Shown piece by piece: positions 13,100 to 25,954 of a stretch of 58,659 nucleotides of DNA (the first letter of the stretch is position 1; every line of letters begins with the position of its first letter). The stretch is from Chiloscyllium plagiosum (taxonomy: Eukaryota), in the NCBI RefSeq assembly GCF_004010195.1, contig NC_057728.1, forward strand, positions 48,518,077 to 48,576,735, read 5' to 3'. Made by a program: the position numbers and the translations under genes. Under the pieces are notes generated by a model, which was not told where the DNA came from, did no database searches, and saw only the letters and a list, made by a program, of their open reading frames with translations.

Positions 13100-13323
13100 A
13101 GGGAGAAAGTGAGGACAGTAAATGCTGGAAATCAGCGTTAAAAAAAATGTGGTTCTGGAAAAGTACAGCTGGTCAGGCAGCATCCGAGGAGCAGGAGCGT
13201 TGATGTTTCGAGCATAAGCTCTTCATCTACTTTCCTGATGAAGAGCCTATACTCGAAACATCAACTCTCCTGCTCCTCCGATGCTGTCTGACTGACTGTG
13301 CTGTTCCAGCGCTACACTTTTTG
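13100..13323. mobile_element. Palindromic PLE terminal-repeat insertion
   Basis: Inverted arms meet at ~13228; TSD actc(a/c)catactcaat at 13081-13095 and 13324-13338; ctgatgaagagcctatactcgaaac motif. Confidence 0.85.
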
Positions 13324-15108
13324 ACTCCCATACTCAATCTACTGACCAATGAATGCAAGCATACTATACGCCTTCTTCACTACCCAGTCTACCTGCAAAC
13401 CTGCTTTCAAGGTCTCTTTGTTCACGAACACTCCCCATGAGCCTACCATTAAGTGTATAAGTCCTGCTCTGATTTACCTTACCAAACTGCAGCATCTTAC
13501 ATTACCCAAATTAAACTCCATCTGCCATCCCTCTGCCCATCTGTTCAAGGTCCCCCTTCTTTACTGTCCACTACACCACCAATTTTGGTGTCAGCTTCAA
13601 ACTTACTAACCATTAGTCCTAGATTCGCATCCAAGTCATTTATACAAATGACAAGAAGCAGTGGACCCACTACTGATCTGTGTGGCATGCTGCTGGTAAA
13701 ACAACCTCCGCCACCACTCTGTCTTGACCTTCCAACCAATTTTGTGTCCAAATATCTAGCTCTGCCTGGATTCCATATGATCTAACTTTGCCAACCAGTC
13801 TACTATGAGGAACTTTGTCAAACACCTTACTGAAGTTCATGTAGACAACATCTACAGTTCTGCCTTCATTAATCTTCTTTGTTACTTTTCAAAAAACTCA
13901 ATCATGTTAGTGAGACATGATGTCCTACGCACAAAGCCATATCGACTATCCCTAATCAGTCCTTGCCTTTCCAAATAATGTAAATCCTGTCCCTCAGAAT
14001 CCCCTCGAACAACTTCCCCACCACTGACATCAGGGTTACCAGTCTATTGTTCTCCTGGTTTTTTCTTACCACCTTTCTTAAGTAATGACACCGCATTAGC
14101 CACCCTCCAGTCTTCTGGGATCTCACCCATAGCTATTGATGATACAAATATCCCGGCAAGGGGCCCAGTAATCACTCCCCTAGCTTCCCACAAAGTTCTG
14201 GAAAGCACCCGATCAGGTGCCAGGGATTTATCCATGTTAATGCATTTTAAAACATCCAGCATCTCCTCCTCTGTAATATGGACACTTCTCAACATTATTA
14301 CTGTTTATTTTCCCCAGGTTCTCTAGCTTTCATGTCCTTTCTCCACAGTAAATACTGACGCGAAATATTCATATAGTGTCTCATCCATCTCCTATGGTTC
14401 CACACACAGACAACCTTGTTGATCTTTAAAGGGCCCTGTTCTCTCCCTCGTTATCCTTTTGCCCTTAAAGTATTTGTAGAATTTCTTTGGATTCTGCATA
14501 ACCCTATTTTCCAAAGCTATCTCATGCCCTTTTTGCCATCCTAATTCCTCTCATGATGAGGGATTGCCTTGATCCCAGTTGTCTATCCCTGCCATTTGCC
14601 TCCTTTTTTTGACGAGAGCCTCAATTTCTGTAATCATCCAATATTCCCCCACACCTACCTCCCCAAAACTTGCCTTTTTAACATTATCAGACATTTTTTT
14701 ATTGTATTATGCCCCAATTTGCTGCTGACCCTTGTTTCCTCTGCCTTCCACTTCTGCTTGCTATTTTTCTGTCTCTCTTTTCCACCTTTGTTTCCCTCAT
14801 TCTCATTTCTTTGATCAAATTTCCATCCTGTTGCCACCTCTGTTTAAAACAATCTCCCACAGAAAAGCCTCTACAATAATATTGGTCCTAGTCCCGCTTG
14901 TATGCAAACTGTCCAGCTTGTATAAATCCCATCTTCCCAGAATCAGTCCAGTGCCTCTAGAATGTAAATCCCTCTTCCTACCCCATCCCTCCAGACATAT
15001 GTTCAACCAGTCAGTTCCCCTGTTCCTGATGTCAATAGCAACTGGCACTGGAAATGATCCTGTGATTACTGCTTTTTAAAATTGTATTTCATAGCTCCCT
15101 AAATTATA

Positions 15109-16180
15109 ATAGTCAGCATGGTTTTGTGAAGGGCAGGCATAGTCAGCATGGTTTTGTGAAGGGCAGGTCGTGCCTCACAAACCTTATTGAATTCTTTGAG
15201 AAGGTGACTAAGGAGGTGGACGAGGGTAAAGCGGTAGATGTGGTGTATATGGATTTTAGTAAGGCGTTTGATAAGGTTCCCCATGGTAGACTACTGCAAA
15301 AAATACGGAGGTATGGCATTGAGAGTGAGTTGGAGGTTTGGATTAGGANNNNNNNNNNNNNNNNNNNNNNNNNNNNNNNNNNNNNNNNNNNNNNNNNNNN
15401 NNNNNNNNNNNNNNNNNNNNNNNNNNNNNNNNNNNNNNNNNNNNNNNNNNNNNNNNNNNNNNNNNNNNNNNNNNNNNNNNNNNNNNNNNNNNNNNNNNNN
15501 NNNNNNNNNNNNNNNNNNNNNNNNNNNNNNNNNNNNNNNNNNNNNNNNNNNNNNNNNNNNNNNNNNNNNGAAGGCATATGGCTTACTGGCTTTTATTGGT
15601 AGAGGAATTGAGTTCCGGAACCCTGAGGTCATGTTGCAGTTTTATAAGACTCTGGTGCAGCCTCATCTGGAGTATTGTGTGCAGTTTTGGTCGCTATACT
15701 ATAGGAAGGATGTGGAGGCACTGGAACGGGTGCAGTGGAGGTTTACCAGGATGTTGCCTGGTATGGTAGGAAGATCGTATGAGGAAAGGCCGAGGCACTT
15801 GGGGCTGTTTTCATTGGAGAAAAGAAGGTTTAGGGGTGACTTGATAGATTTGTACAAGATGATTAGGGGTTTAGATAGGGTTGACCATGAGAACCTTTTT
15901 CCACGTATGGAGTCAGCTATTACGAGGGGGCATAGCTTTAATTTAAGGGGTAATAGGTATAGGACAGATGTTAGGGTTAGATTCTTTACTCAGCGAGTCG
16001 TGAGTTCATGGAATGCCCTGCCAGTAGCAGTGGTGGACTCTCCCTCTTTATGGGCATTTAAACGGGCATTGGATAGGCATATGGAGGATAGTGGGCTAGT
16101 GTAGGTTAGGTGGGCTTGGATCGGTGCAACATCGAGGGCCAAAGGGTCTGTACTGCGCTGTATTTTTTCTATGTTTCTAT
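15109..16180 (+). mobile_element. CR1/HER1-like LINE spanning an N gap; 29-bp tandem duplication at its 5' end
   Basis: SQHGFVKGRSCLTNLIEFF, YMDFSKAFDKVPH, LEYCVQFWS; atagtcagcatggttttgtgaagggcagg occurs twice at 15109-15167. Confidence 0.92.
15349..15569. other. Assembly gap (N)
   Basis: Run of n. Confidence 1.
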
Positions 16181-16496
16181 AATGTGGCACCTCATCCAGC
16201 ATTTTACCTGTATCATTTATACTGAAATGGACGAAATTCTCGGGCTGTTTTCCCTACCCCTTCATGTGGTCATTTAGTGACATCCTTGACCGAGGCACCT
16301 GTGAAGTAACATACCATCTTGTTGTCACACCTGCAACCATGGAAATGTCTGTCTGTTCACCTTATGAGAGAATCCTCTTTCCCCATTGCTCTCCACTTTT
16401 CTTTTTCTCCTTATACCATGCAGCTGAGCCATTCTTGAGACCACAGACCTGCCTTTCACTGTCTTCCCCTGAGAAACCATACCAGGATGTTGGTTA

Positions 16497-18308
16497 ATGT
16501 GATGCTGGAAAAACACAGCAGGTCAGGCAGCATCCGAGGAGCAGGCGAATCGACATTTCGGGCATAAGTCCTTCTTCAGGAATGAGGCTGGTGTGCCAGG
16601 CGGGCTGAGATTAAAGGTAGGGGGGAGGGGATTTGGGGGAGGGGTGCTGGGAATACAATAGGTGGAAGGAGGTGAGGGTGAGGGTGATAGGCCGGAGAGG
16701 GTGTGGGGGCAGNNNNNNNNNNNNNNNNNNNNNNNNNNNNNNNNNNNNNNNNNNNNNNNNNNNNNNNNNNNNNNNNNNNNNNNNNNNNNNNNNNNNNNNN
16801 NNNNNNNNNNNNNNNNNNNNNNNNNNNNNNNNNNNNNNNNNNNNNNNNNNNNNNNNNNNNNNNNNNNNNNNNNNNNNNNNNNNNNNNNNNNNNNNNNNNN
16901 NNNNNNNNNNNNNNNNNNNNNNNNNNNNNNNNNNNNNNNNNNNNNNNNNNNNNNNNNNNNNNNNNNNNNNNNNNNNNNNNNNNNNNNNNNNNNNNNNNNN
17001 NNNNNNNNNNNNNNNNNNNNNNNNNNNNNNNNNNNNNNNNNNNNNNNNNNNNNNNNNNNNNNNNNNNNNNNNNNNNNNNNNNNNNNNNNNNNNNNNNNNN
17101 NNNNNNNNNNNNNNNNNNNNNNNNNNNNNNNNNNNNNNNNNNNNNNNNNNNNNNNNNNNNNNNNNNNNNNNNNNNNNNNNNNNNNNNNNNNNNNNNNNNN
17201 NNNNNNNNNNNNNNNNNNNNNNNNNNNNNNNNNNNNNNNNNNNNNNNNNNNNNNNNNNNNNNNNNNNNNNNNNNNNNNNNNNNNNNNNNNNNNNNNNNNN
17301 NNNNNNNNNNNNNNNNNNNNNNNNNNNNNNNNNNNNNNNNNNNNNNNNNNNNNNNNNNNNNNNNNNNNNNNNNNNNNNNNNNNNNNNNNNNNNNNNNNNN
17401 NNNNNNNNNNNNNNNNNNNNNNNNNNNNNNNNNNNNNNNNNNNNNNNNNNNNNNNNNNNNNNNNNNNNNNNNNNNNNNNNNNNNNNNNNNNNNNNNNNNN
17501 NNNNNNNNNNNNNNNNNNNNNNNNNNNNNNNNNNNNNNNNTCCGCGACTCCCTCGTCAGGTCCACACCCCCCACCAACCCAACCTCCACTCCCGGCGCCT
17601 TCCCCTGCAACTGCAAGAAGTGCAAAACATGCGCCCACACCTCTCCCCTCACCTCCCTCCAAGGCCCCAAGGGATCCTTCCATACCCGTTGCAAATTCAC
17701 CTGCACCTCCACACACATCATTTACTGTATCCGTTGCACCCGATGTGGTCTCCTGGGGAGACAGGCCGCCTACTTGCGGAACGTTTCAGGGAACACCTCT
17801 GGGACATCCACACCAACCAACCCATCCGTCCCGTGGCTGAACACTTGAACTCCCCCTCCCACTCCGCCAAGGACATGCAGGTCCTTGGCCGCTTCCATCG
17901 CCAGACCCTGACCACACGATGCCTAGAGGAAGAGCGCCTCATCTTCCGCCTAGGAACCCTCCAACCACATGGGATGAATGTAGATTTCTCCAGCTTCTTC
18001 ATTTACCCTCCCCCCACCTTATCTCAGTGATTCAGCACCGCCCTCTTGACCTGCAATCTTCTTCCCGACCTCTCCACCCCCATCCCCTCTCCGGCCTATC
18101 ACCTTCATCCTCACCTCCTTCCACCTATCGTACTCCCAGCGCCCCTCCCCCCTACCTTTTATCTCAGCCCGCCTAGCACACCAGCCTCATTCCTGAAGAA
18201 GAGCTTATGCCCGAAACGTCGATTCTCCTGCTCCTCGGATGCTGCCTGGCCTGCTGTGTTTTTCCAGCATCACAGTTTTCAACTCTAGTCTCCAGCATCT
18301 GCAGTCCT
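16497..18308 (+). mobile_element. Neptune-type PLE: 3' part (Cys linker, GIY-YIG endonuclease) with an inverted terminal copy
   Basis: 17541-17995 encodes FPCNCKKCKTC...FTCTSTHIIYCIRCTRCGLL / GETGRLLAERFREH...EERLIFRLGTLQPHGMN. 16497-16712 is an inverted copy of the 3' end. TSD-like ccagg(a/g)tgttggtta at 16482-16496 and 18343-18357. Confidence 0.88.
16713..17540. other. Assembly gap (N) between inverted PLE arms
   Basis: Run of n. Confidence 1.
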
Positions 18309-18342
18309 AATCTAGTCCCATTTGCCAGCACTTGGCTCATAT

Positions 18343-19262
18343 CCAGGGTGTTGGTTAGGCTACTTTTGGAATATTGCGTGTAACTCTGGTCTCCTTCCTA
18401 TTAGAAGGATGTTGTGAAACTTGAAAGGGTTCAGAAAAGTTGTTGGCAGGGTTGGAGGATTTGAGTTATAGGGAGAGGGTGAATAGGCTGGGACTGTTTT
18501 CCCTGGACCGTCGAAGGCTGAGGGGTTTAGATAGAATTAGAATCCCTATAGTGTGGAAACAGGCCCTTCGGCCCAACAAATCCACATCGATCCCCCCAAA
18601 GAGTATCCCACCCAGACCCATTACCCTACATTTTCCCCTGACTAATGCACCTGACCTACACATCACAGAACATTATGGGCAATTTAGCTTGGCCAATTCA
18701 CCTAACCAGAACATCTTTGGACTATGGGAGGAAACCAAAGCACCTGGAGGAAACCCATGCAGACATGTGAGAATATGCAAACCCCACACAGGCAATTGCC
18801 TGAGGCTGGAATTGAACTCAGGTCCCTGTCACTGTGAGGCAGCAGTGCTAACTACGGAGCCACTGTACTGCCCCTCAGAGAGGTGACCTCATAGAGGTTT
18901 ATAAAATCAGGAGGGTCATGGATATGATAAATTGATAGTCTTTTCCTTGGGGTGGGGGAATCCGGAACTAGAGGGCATAGGTTTAGGGTGAGGGGGAAAG
19001 ATGTAAAAAGGACCAATGGGACAACTTTTTCACGCAGAGGGTGGTGCATGTATGGAATGAACTGCCAGAGGAAGTGGTGGAGGTTGGTACAATTACAACC
19101 TTTAAAAGACATCTGGATGGGTATACAAATAGAAAGAGTTTGGAGGGATATGAACCAAGTGCTGGCAAATGGGACTAAATTAGGTTGGGATATTTGGTTG
19201 GCATGGGCAAGTTGGACCGAAGGGTCTGTTTCCATGCTTTACATCTCTAAGAGTCTATGACT
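18343..19262 (+). mobile_element. CR1 LINE 3' fragment interrupted by a SINE
   Basis: LEDLSYRERVNRLGLFSL, GESGTRGHRFRVRG, and the CR1 3' tail. Confidence 0.88.
18527..18872 (-). mobile_element. HE1-like V-SINE
   Basis: Reverse complement similar to 6499-6797 and 50773-51086. Confidence 0.85.
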
Positions 19263-19659
19263 CCAAAGCGGAAAGTCTATTAGAGCGGTAGATACCACTA
19301 GGTAATTCTGCCTTACCTCTTTGGAGCTTTTATTCTGTCTGGTGGTCACCCATTTCATTTCTTCCTGTATATATTCTTTACCTGCAATGTGTCCATCTCA
19401 TTATACATGCTACCAGTAAAGATTGTAGCCTTGCAGATATTACAAAGTGACTGCTGCCAGTGTTTCAGACACAAAGCAAAGATTTCTTACAACTGGAGAC
19501 ATCTCCTGCACATGTGATTTTCTGGACACTGGAAGTGTTTCTGACTTACCCATACTTTACTCCATTTATCTGAAGCACATGCAGTGTGTTTGCCATTTAA
19601 GCTACTGGTACAAGCTGTAGTTGTTATATTGACACAACACAGTGCTGTACGGCAACATG

Positions 19660-20425
19660 TCTGGGAAAGCTAATCTTAGCAGGACTTCTACACTTAATGG
19701 TAAGGTCCTGGAGAGTGTTGCTGATCAAAGAGACCTTGGAGTGCAGGTTCATAGCTTCTTGAAAGTGGAGTCGCAGGTAGGTAGGATAGTGAAGAAGGCG
19801 TTTAGTATGCTTTCTTTTATTGGTCAGAGTATTAAGTACAGGAGTTGGGAGGTCATGTTGCGGCTGTACAGGACATTGGTTAGGTCACTGTTGGAATATT
19901 GCCTGCAATTCTGGTCTCCTTCCTATCGGAAAGATGTTATGAAACTTGAAAGGGTGCAGAAAAGATTTACAAGCTTGTTGCCAGGGTTGGAGGAGAGTCT
20001 GAACAGGCTGGTATTGTTTTCCCTAGAGCATCGGAGGTTATGGGGTGACCTTATAGAGGTTTATAAAATCACCCAAGGGGCGTGGATAGGATAAATAGAC
20101 AAAGTCTTTTCCCTGGGGTGGGGGAGTCCAGAACTAGAAGGTATAGCTTTAAGGTGAGAGGGGAAAGACATAAAAGAGACCTAAGGAGCAACTTTTTCAC
20201 ACAGAGGGTGGTATGTGTATGGAATGGGCTACCAGAGGAAGTGGTGGAGGCTGGTACAATTGTAACATTTAAAAGGCATTTGTTTGGGTATATGAATAGG
20301 AAGGGTTTGGAGGGATATGGGCTGGATGCTGGCAGATGGGACTAGATTGGGTTGGGATATCTGGTTGGCATGGACGGGTTGGACCGAAGGGTCTGTTTCT
20401 ATGCTGTACATCTCCGTGACTGTAT
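19660..20425 (+). mobile_element. CR1 LINE 3' fragment
   Basis: QRDLGVQVHSFLK, LYRTLVRSLLEYCLQFWSP, FFTQRVVCVWN, and the 3' tail. Confidence 0.92.
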
Positions 20426-21249
20426 GTCTATCCCTTTACTGTCCACGGATGACAACCATGCCAAACTGCCTGGCTTTGTCTCTGCACTAAGGCAAGGCAA
20501 CACATAAGTACAGTGGTCTAAAAAATGAGGTGGCAAAACATTACAAGGATCTCTGCAAATCAGAGGTGCTATGAGCATCCAAGTCAGCACAAAATTAAGC
20601 GGTGTCAAGAAAGCAGATGAAAAGCTGAGGTGCTTCTTGTTCTGATGGAAGAGATGCATGCCTGACCCTGTATATAAGGTGACTTGACAGCAGCATTACA
20701 ATGAAAGGTGTTTCAGTACTCCAAAGTGCTGCATTAACGTGCATAACTATTCTAATTGATTCAGAAATGTGCCAAAATGATGTATTAGCTTCACCACATG
20801 TCTGATGTCAACCTCTGTGGTCAGGGTGTACAAGCAATCGCTGCTAGTAGAGCGTGCCCTGAACTGTTGGGCATTGCCATCTAAGGTGGAAATAGTGCTG
20901 AGGAGGAGCATGCTATGAGCTGAAATCACCAAGTACCTGCCTTTCATCTCAGGAATTGCCACTGTCTAGTATCTCTTTACTTAGTCGAATTTGGTAGACT
21001 GCATGCTTGTGAGATGAGGATAGGTAATAATGACATATAAACAAATATGCATAGGCTTCTCGACATTCACCAGCAAGATTCTCATCTCACCATTTAACCT
21101 TTGAGAGAAAAATCAGACATTTTTCTCAACATCAGAAATCTGATTTTTTCCAAATTCACCCTATTTTCCCAACAGACTGATCATTGGATGGGTCATTCAG
21201 GAGGCTGACAAAACTCAGTCCCAGGTTTTTCCCAATTCCATTCAGGGCA

Positions 21250-21582
21250 ATCTGTTACTTTCAGTGCTGGTACCTTCAGAAGTGGTGTCTAGTCTATGGA
21301 ACTTCCAGGCCAGGAGACTTTGGATCAAAGCTTCCAAGTTGTTAGAACTGAGGAGAAAGTTTAAGTTATCAGAATTGTGAGAGGTACATGCCAGTGCACT
21401 TGGAAAGGAATCCTAAAATAAAGTTTCAACAGTCCAAGGGAGAGAAACTGGAAAAAAGTCAGTTAAGATTTGAAAAGCAAAGATAGGAAAGTTATTCCTC
21501 TGGGATTGATTGTAACAGATGGTGTTGGGAACAGATTGAAATTTCGCTTTGATGACTGTGTTAAGATCTTTTTAACTGCAGC

Positions 21583-21622
<40 letters not shown>

Positions 21623-21725
21623 ATATATATCTTTGATGTTTTTCTCTTTTGTGCAATAAATTTCTGTTGTTAAAGAATATCCACGGTGTCATGTACATTT
21701 GTTTCAGTGACTAACAGCCACATAA
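21250..21725 (+). mobile_element. Possible decayed LTR-like repeat
   Basis: AATAAA at ~21655 followed by a U5-like tract; no intact TG..CA ends or TSD identified. Confidence 0.3.
21583..21630. repeat. Compound (AT)n(GT)n(AT)n microsatellite
   Basis: Read directly. Confidence 0.95.
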
Positions 21726-21742
21726 TTCATACATCTAATATT

Positions 21743-21877
21743 TGTGGATGTAGGTTTGCTCGCTGAGCTGGAAGGTTCATTTCCAGACGTTTCGTCACCC
21801 TGGTAGGTAACGTCTTCAGTGGGCCTCCAGGCGGAGCACTGTTGATAATTCCTGCTTTCTATTTATATGTTTGGGTT
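21743..21877 (-). mobile_element. PLE terminal-repeat fragment related to the 30618-35063 family
   Basis: Similar to 30650-30770 and to the reverse complement of 34945-35063. Confidence 0.8.
21784..21821 (-). ncRNA. Minimal type I hammerhead ribozyme motif (PLE family B)
   Basis: Minus strand CA-CUGAAGA-C-GUUACC-UACCAG-GGUGAC-GAAA-CG-UC-UG: conserved core, 6-bp stem II, palindromic ACGU stem III, GUC cleavage triplet. Confidence 0.7.
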
Positions 21878-21919
21878 AATATAATATAGTAATTCTAATA
21901 TATGTAATTGGATAATCAA

Positions 21920-22028
21920 CCACAAGGGATGAACTCTGATTTCACCAGTTTCCTCATTTCCCCTCCCCCGATTCTCCTGTTCCCTGGATGCTGCCTGACC
22001 TGCGCTTTTCCAGCAACACATTTTCAGC
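21920..22028 (+). mobile_element. Internally deleted Neptune-type PLE fragment
   Basis: QPQGMNSDFTSF coding end joined directly to gattctcctg...; 13-bp TSD attggataatcaa at 21907-21919 and 22029-22041. Confidence 0.85.
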
Positions 22029-22314
22029 ATTGGATAATCAAGCCAAGTTTTATTCTGGAATCTGACTTGTCCAGTCCTTACATCAGCTGGAATCATAACA
22101 AAATCTCCAAAAATAACTAGGAGCTGAAAGATTGACACACCACACTTTCAATGGTTAATTTTTAAAGAAGAACTGTAATTCTTAGCTTTACTGTATTCCA
22201 CCATATCCTGGTTGTTTTGCAAATTGATGGAAAAATGTAATAGCTACCTGCAAATGACAAAAACATGTACTATTTACTCTCTGTTTGGCCTCCGCATACA
22301 GAGAAGTAGGCAGG

Positions 22315-22735
22315 GGAAGCGTTGGCTTAGTGTTATTATTTCTGGACTATTAATCCAGAAACTCAGCTCATGTTCTGGAGACCTGGGTTCAAGTCCCACT
22401 GTGGTAGATGGTGAAATTTGAATTCAATAACTATCTGGAGAGTCTGACAATAACCAAACCACTGCCGATTGTAGGGAAAAAAAAACATTTGGTTCATTAA
22501 TATCTTTTAGGGAAGGAAATCCACTATCCTTACCTGGTCTGGCTGACATGTGATTCCAGACTACAGTTGACTCTCAACTGCCTTTTGAAATGGTCTAGAA
22601 AAACATTCTGTTGTAACAATCAGTACAAAGTCTCAACAAAGAAATAAAACTGCCTACAGCACATGTACTTCAGCAGTTCAAACATGCTGATCCAGCCAGT
22701 AATATCCAGCAATGTTCACATCCCATGAGTGAACT
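22315..22735 (+). mobile_element. SacSINE1-like (Deu-domain) tRNA-derived SINE
   Basis: B box gggttcaagtccc, then ggtgaaatttgaattcaata, tggttcattaatatcttttagggaaggaaat and ccttacctggtctggc, as I recall for shark Deu-SINEs. Confidence 0.7.
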
Positions 22736-23405
22736 TAAAGACAAAATGCGGAATCATTCACTCAGCTGAAAATATGTTTATTTTTTAACAAATAATTCAC
22801 AGTTTCTATTTTTCCCTGATGCAATGGCCTTGCTACATCTGGGTGGGAATGGAGCACACATTTCCAGAATTCATTAACAGGAAAACTGAGAAAATTTTCC
22901 AACTTTTATATCTTAGTCTGATTTTTCCAGTCATGAGACTAAAATAGCTCCATATACATTGGAGTGCTAACATTACTTATGGGTCAACTTCATTAACTTT
23001 CCCAAGGTTTACCTAATTATGAATGCACAGAGAGTTTCCAACCTACACGAATTATCACTTTCTGCAAAGGGGAGACATAATTCTCAATGGTGGAACTTTG
23101 GCATTGTCACTAATAGAATCAGAAAATAGTTGGCCAAAACACAGAACATTTGAATTTTCTAGAGTTAGTTTCTGCCAGAGGTATAGCAATGGAAGGCAGT
23201 CGTCTCAAGCTACTTGTTATACTCTTCCATAGAAGGACTTAAGGTCTGCATGGTGAGTACAGGTGCTGTGGTTTTTTCAGAAAGTACAAGGCACAAGGTG
23301 AGAAAACATATATTAACAATCATGGTCTTCGAGTAATTATCTCCATTTAGCAAGTTTAGATTTTTTATAGTAATGCCAGTAATGAAACTGTTGGCATTCA
23401 CTGGC

Positions 23406-23597
23406 GTTAAAAATCACATAACATCAGGCTATAGTCCAACAGGTTTATTTGGAAGCACTAGCTTTTGGAGCGCTACTCCTTGAAGGAGCAGTATTCCGAA
23501 AGCTAGTGCTCCCAAATAAACCTGTTGGACTATAGCCTGGTGTTGTGTGATTTTTTAACTTTGTACATCCCAGTCAAACACTAGCACCTCCAAATCA
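23406..23597. mobile_element. Palindromic insertion of a third PLE family (family C)
   Basis: gttaaaaatcac...actcct is inverted against aggagc...gtgattttttaac, centre ~23480. The right arm starts inside a hammerhead remnant (gaaggagcagtattccgaaagctagtg). Confidence 0.8.
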
Positions 23598-24239
23598 ATT
23601 TTCACTGTCTGAAACTGATTTAATGTCCACATGTACAATGGGATGTGGAAATTCCAAAGTTTAAACCATTAGAGATCACTGAACTGAAAGAACTTTCATT
23701 TTAAGGTAGTAGTCTTGCTTTTGAATGAAGTGTAACAGATTTTTAATGGAATACTATGTTGATATTTACTGGTGAACAGATTTGTTCACCCTGGAAAACT
23801 AATGTATTTGTGGAAAGTTAGGTATCTCCATTATGATAACAAAAAGGATCACTTTTTAAAATTTCTGTTTATGATATTTTAGTTTCTATACTAAGCACGT
23901 GTGTATGTCACAATCACTAGTGGTATGGGAGGATTGGAGGACTAATAATGTTGTACCATTGTTTAAAATTGAGTTAAGGATGGTGTTACAAAGGCACTTT
24001 AATACTGTTTGGAGAACTTTGAAGGATTTTGAAAAATGGAAATACCTGGAGTAGTTTATTTAAAATGAGTCATTGAAACTTCACTCTTAACATTGAACAT
24101 TCTTTTAAACAGAGCTTCCTTGAAATTACATTACTGATGATAACTCTTGCTTTCATACTGAGACTAGCTGGGAGAAATGCTTGTTTTATCTGGTTCAGTT
24201 GGAAAGAAGCCTGCTGAGAACAAGCTAAGTTAGAGGAGA

Positions 24240-24442
24240 GGAGAAAGTGAGGTCTGCAGATGCTGGAGATCAGAGCTGAAAATGTGTTGCTGGAAAAGCG
24301 CAGCAGGTCAGGCAGCATCCAGGGAACAGGAGAATCGACGTTTCGGGCATAAGCCCTTTTTCAGGGCTTATGCCTGAAACGTCGATTCTCCTGTTCCCTG
24401 GATGCTGCCTGACCTGCTGCGCTTTTCCAGCAACACATTTTC
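24240..24442. mobile_element. Palindromic PLE terminal-repeat insertion
   Basis: Near-perfect inverted arms centred at ~24359; 17-bp TSD agctaagttagaggaga at 24223-24239 and 24443-24459. Confidence 0.92.
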
Positions 24443-24547
24443 AGCTAAGTTAGAGGAGAACTTGCTAAGAGCAAGTTGAGTTGATAGAATACTTGCTAAG
24501 AACATGTTGCACAGATGATCTCTTATTTCCTCAAAGAAAGCTCTCTT

Positions 24548-25036
24548 ATAGAGTCATACATTGCCGAAACAGACCCTTTGGTCCAACCAGTCCATGTGAA
24601 ACAGTATCCCAAACTAAACTAGCCCCACCTGCCTATTTCTGGCCCACATCCCCCCATATCTTTTCTATTCACGTGGTTATCTATGTGTCTTTTAAACATT
24701 ATAAATGTGCCTGCATCCTTCACTTCCCAGGAAGCTCATTCCATGTGTGTAAAAAAAAAAATTGCCCTATGTCTTTTTCAAAACTCTCTCCTTTCACCTT
24801 AAAAATATGCCCCCTAGACTTGAAATCCCCAACCTGAGAGAGAAGACACCTACCATTAACCCTATCCCTATCCCTCATGATTTTATAAACCTTTACAAAG
24901 TCATCTTTCAACCGTCTACATACCAGTGAAAAAAGTCCCAACCTGTCCAGCCTTTCTTTATAATTAAAACCTTCTCTACCCAGCAACCTGGTAAATCTCT
25001 TTTGCACCGTCTCCAACTTAATAATATCCTTCCTGT
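24548..25036 (-). mobile_element. CR1 LINE 3' fragment
   Basis: VQKRFTRLL...YKERLDRLGLFSL...SRGHIFKVKG. Confidence 0.88.
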
Positions 25037-25954
25037 AAGTTGAGTTCTGGATGAAATGTATTTGTTCTTTTGAGAAAATGATTGAAGAAACATCTCAAGA
25101 TTGGTCTGAGCTGTATCCAGAAGAATCCAGAGATACCTGTGCATGATTAGTGATCATCATCCATGTCAAAATATCACAGCAATAAATTCCACAGATCATT
25201 CTATGGTTTAACCTTTTGCCTTCAAGAGTTTCCTTTCAGAAAGCCAACTTATGCAAGATTTTTGTTTTGCATGTGTGTTTTGGGGATACTTAGAGAGATT
25301 AAGATTTAAACTTCCACATTACTGACTGCATATGTTAACCAATTATTGCATCTTCACTGAATAAGTTTTGTTTTGATAATAAAGCCATGATTGGGTTTAT
25401 TGAGAAATCTAATGGATAGATCTTGTTTTTCAAAGGATGAAAGTTAATACTGCATCTACTGGGGTCACCTTTGCAGACAATGCATTCCATATTACAACAA
25501 CTTGCAAAAAGGATTCCCACGTGAGGACTGGCTAATAGCGCATTTTGCACTTTTGCTCAAAAAAGGAGTTGGACCTGGTAATTACAGACCAGTCGATGTC
25601 ATGTTGGCAACAACGAAGCTTTTAGAGACAATAATTGGGACAAAATTGTGTGATATATTGCAATCTTCCAAAGTTCTATTTACCTCATCTTTATTTTTAC
25701 CCTATCCAATGCTGTTGATATCTTCTTTACTGCCACAATTACAGTCTGCTTTGTTGAAGACAGATGTAAAGTAGTAATTTCATACTTCAGTCCTGCCCTC
25801 TGTCTCTGTAAAAAGCTCTTTTTGGTCTTTAATCAGCCCACCTTCATACAAATAGAGAAAAGGTGAACTTTACATTGGGGAAAAGAAGGGAAAAGAAACT
25901 GTGCACAAATTAAGGCTATTTGATTAATACATTTGTAGAAAGTTTCCACTAGAT

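Larger units (their letters stand above)
11438..15070 (-). mobile_element. Older CR1 LINE interrupted by a younger CR1 and a PLE palindrome; SGNH-esterase-like ORF1 remnant at ~14830-15070
   Basis: RT pieces GPLLLVICINDLD and KFEADTKIGG; GRWDLYKLDSLH...GTNI resembles CR1 ORF1 esterase. The sequence resumes at ~12996 after the nested copy. Confidence 0.8.

Noticed and set aside
16523..18030. Very long ORFs (380-465 aa) here and at 53376-54986
   Set aside because: Artefacts of translating through N runs.
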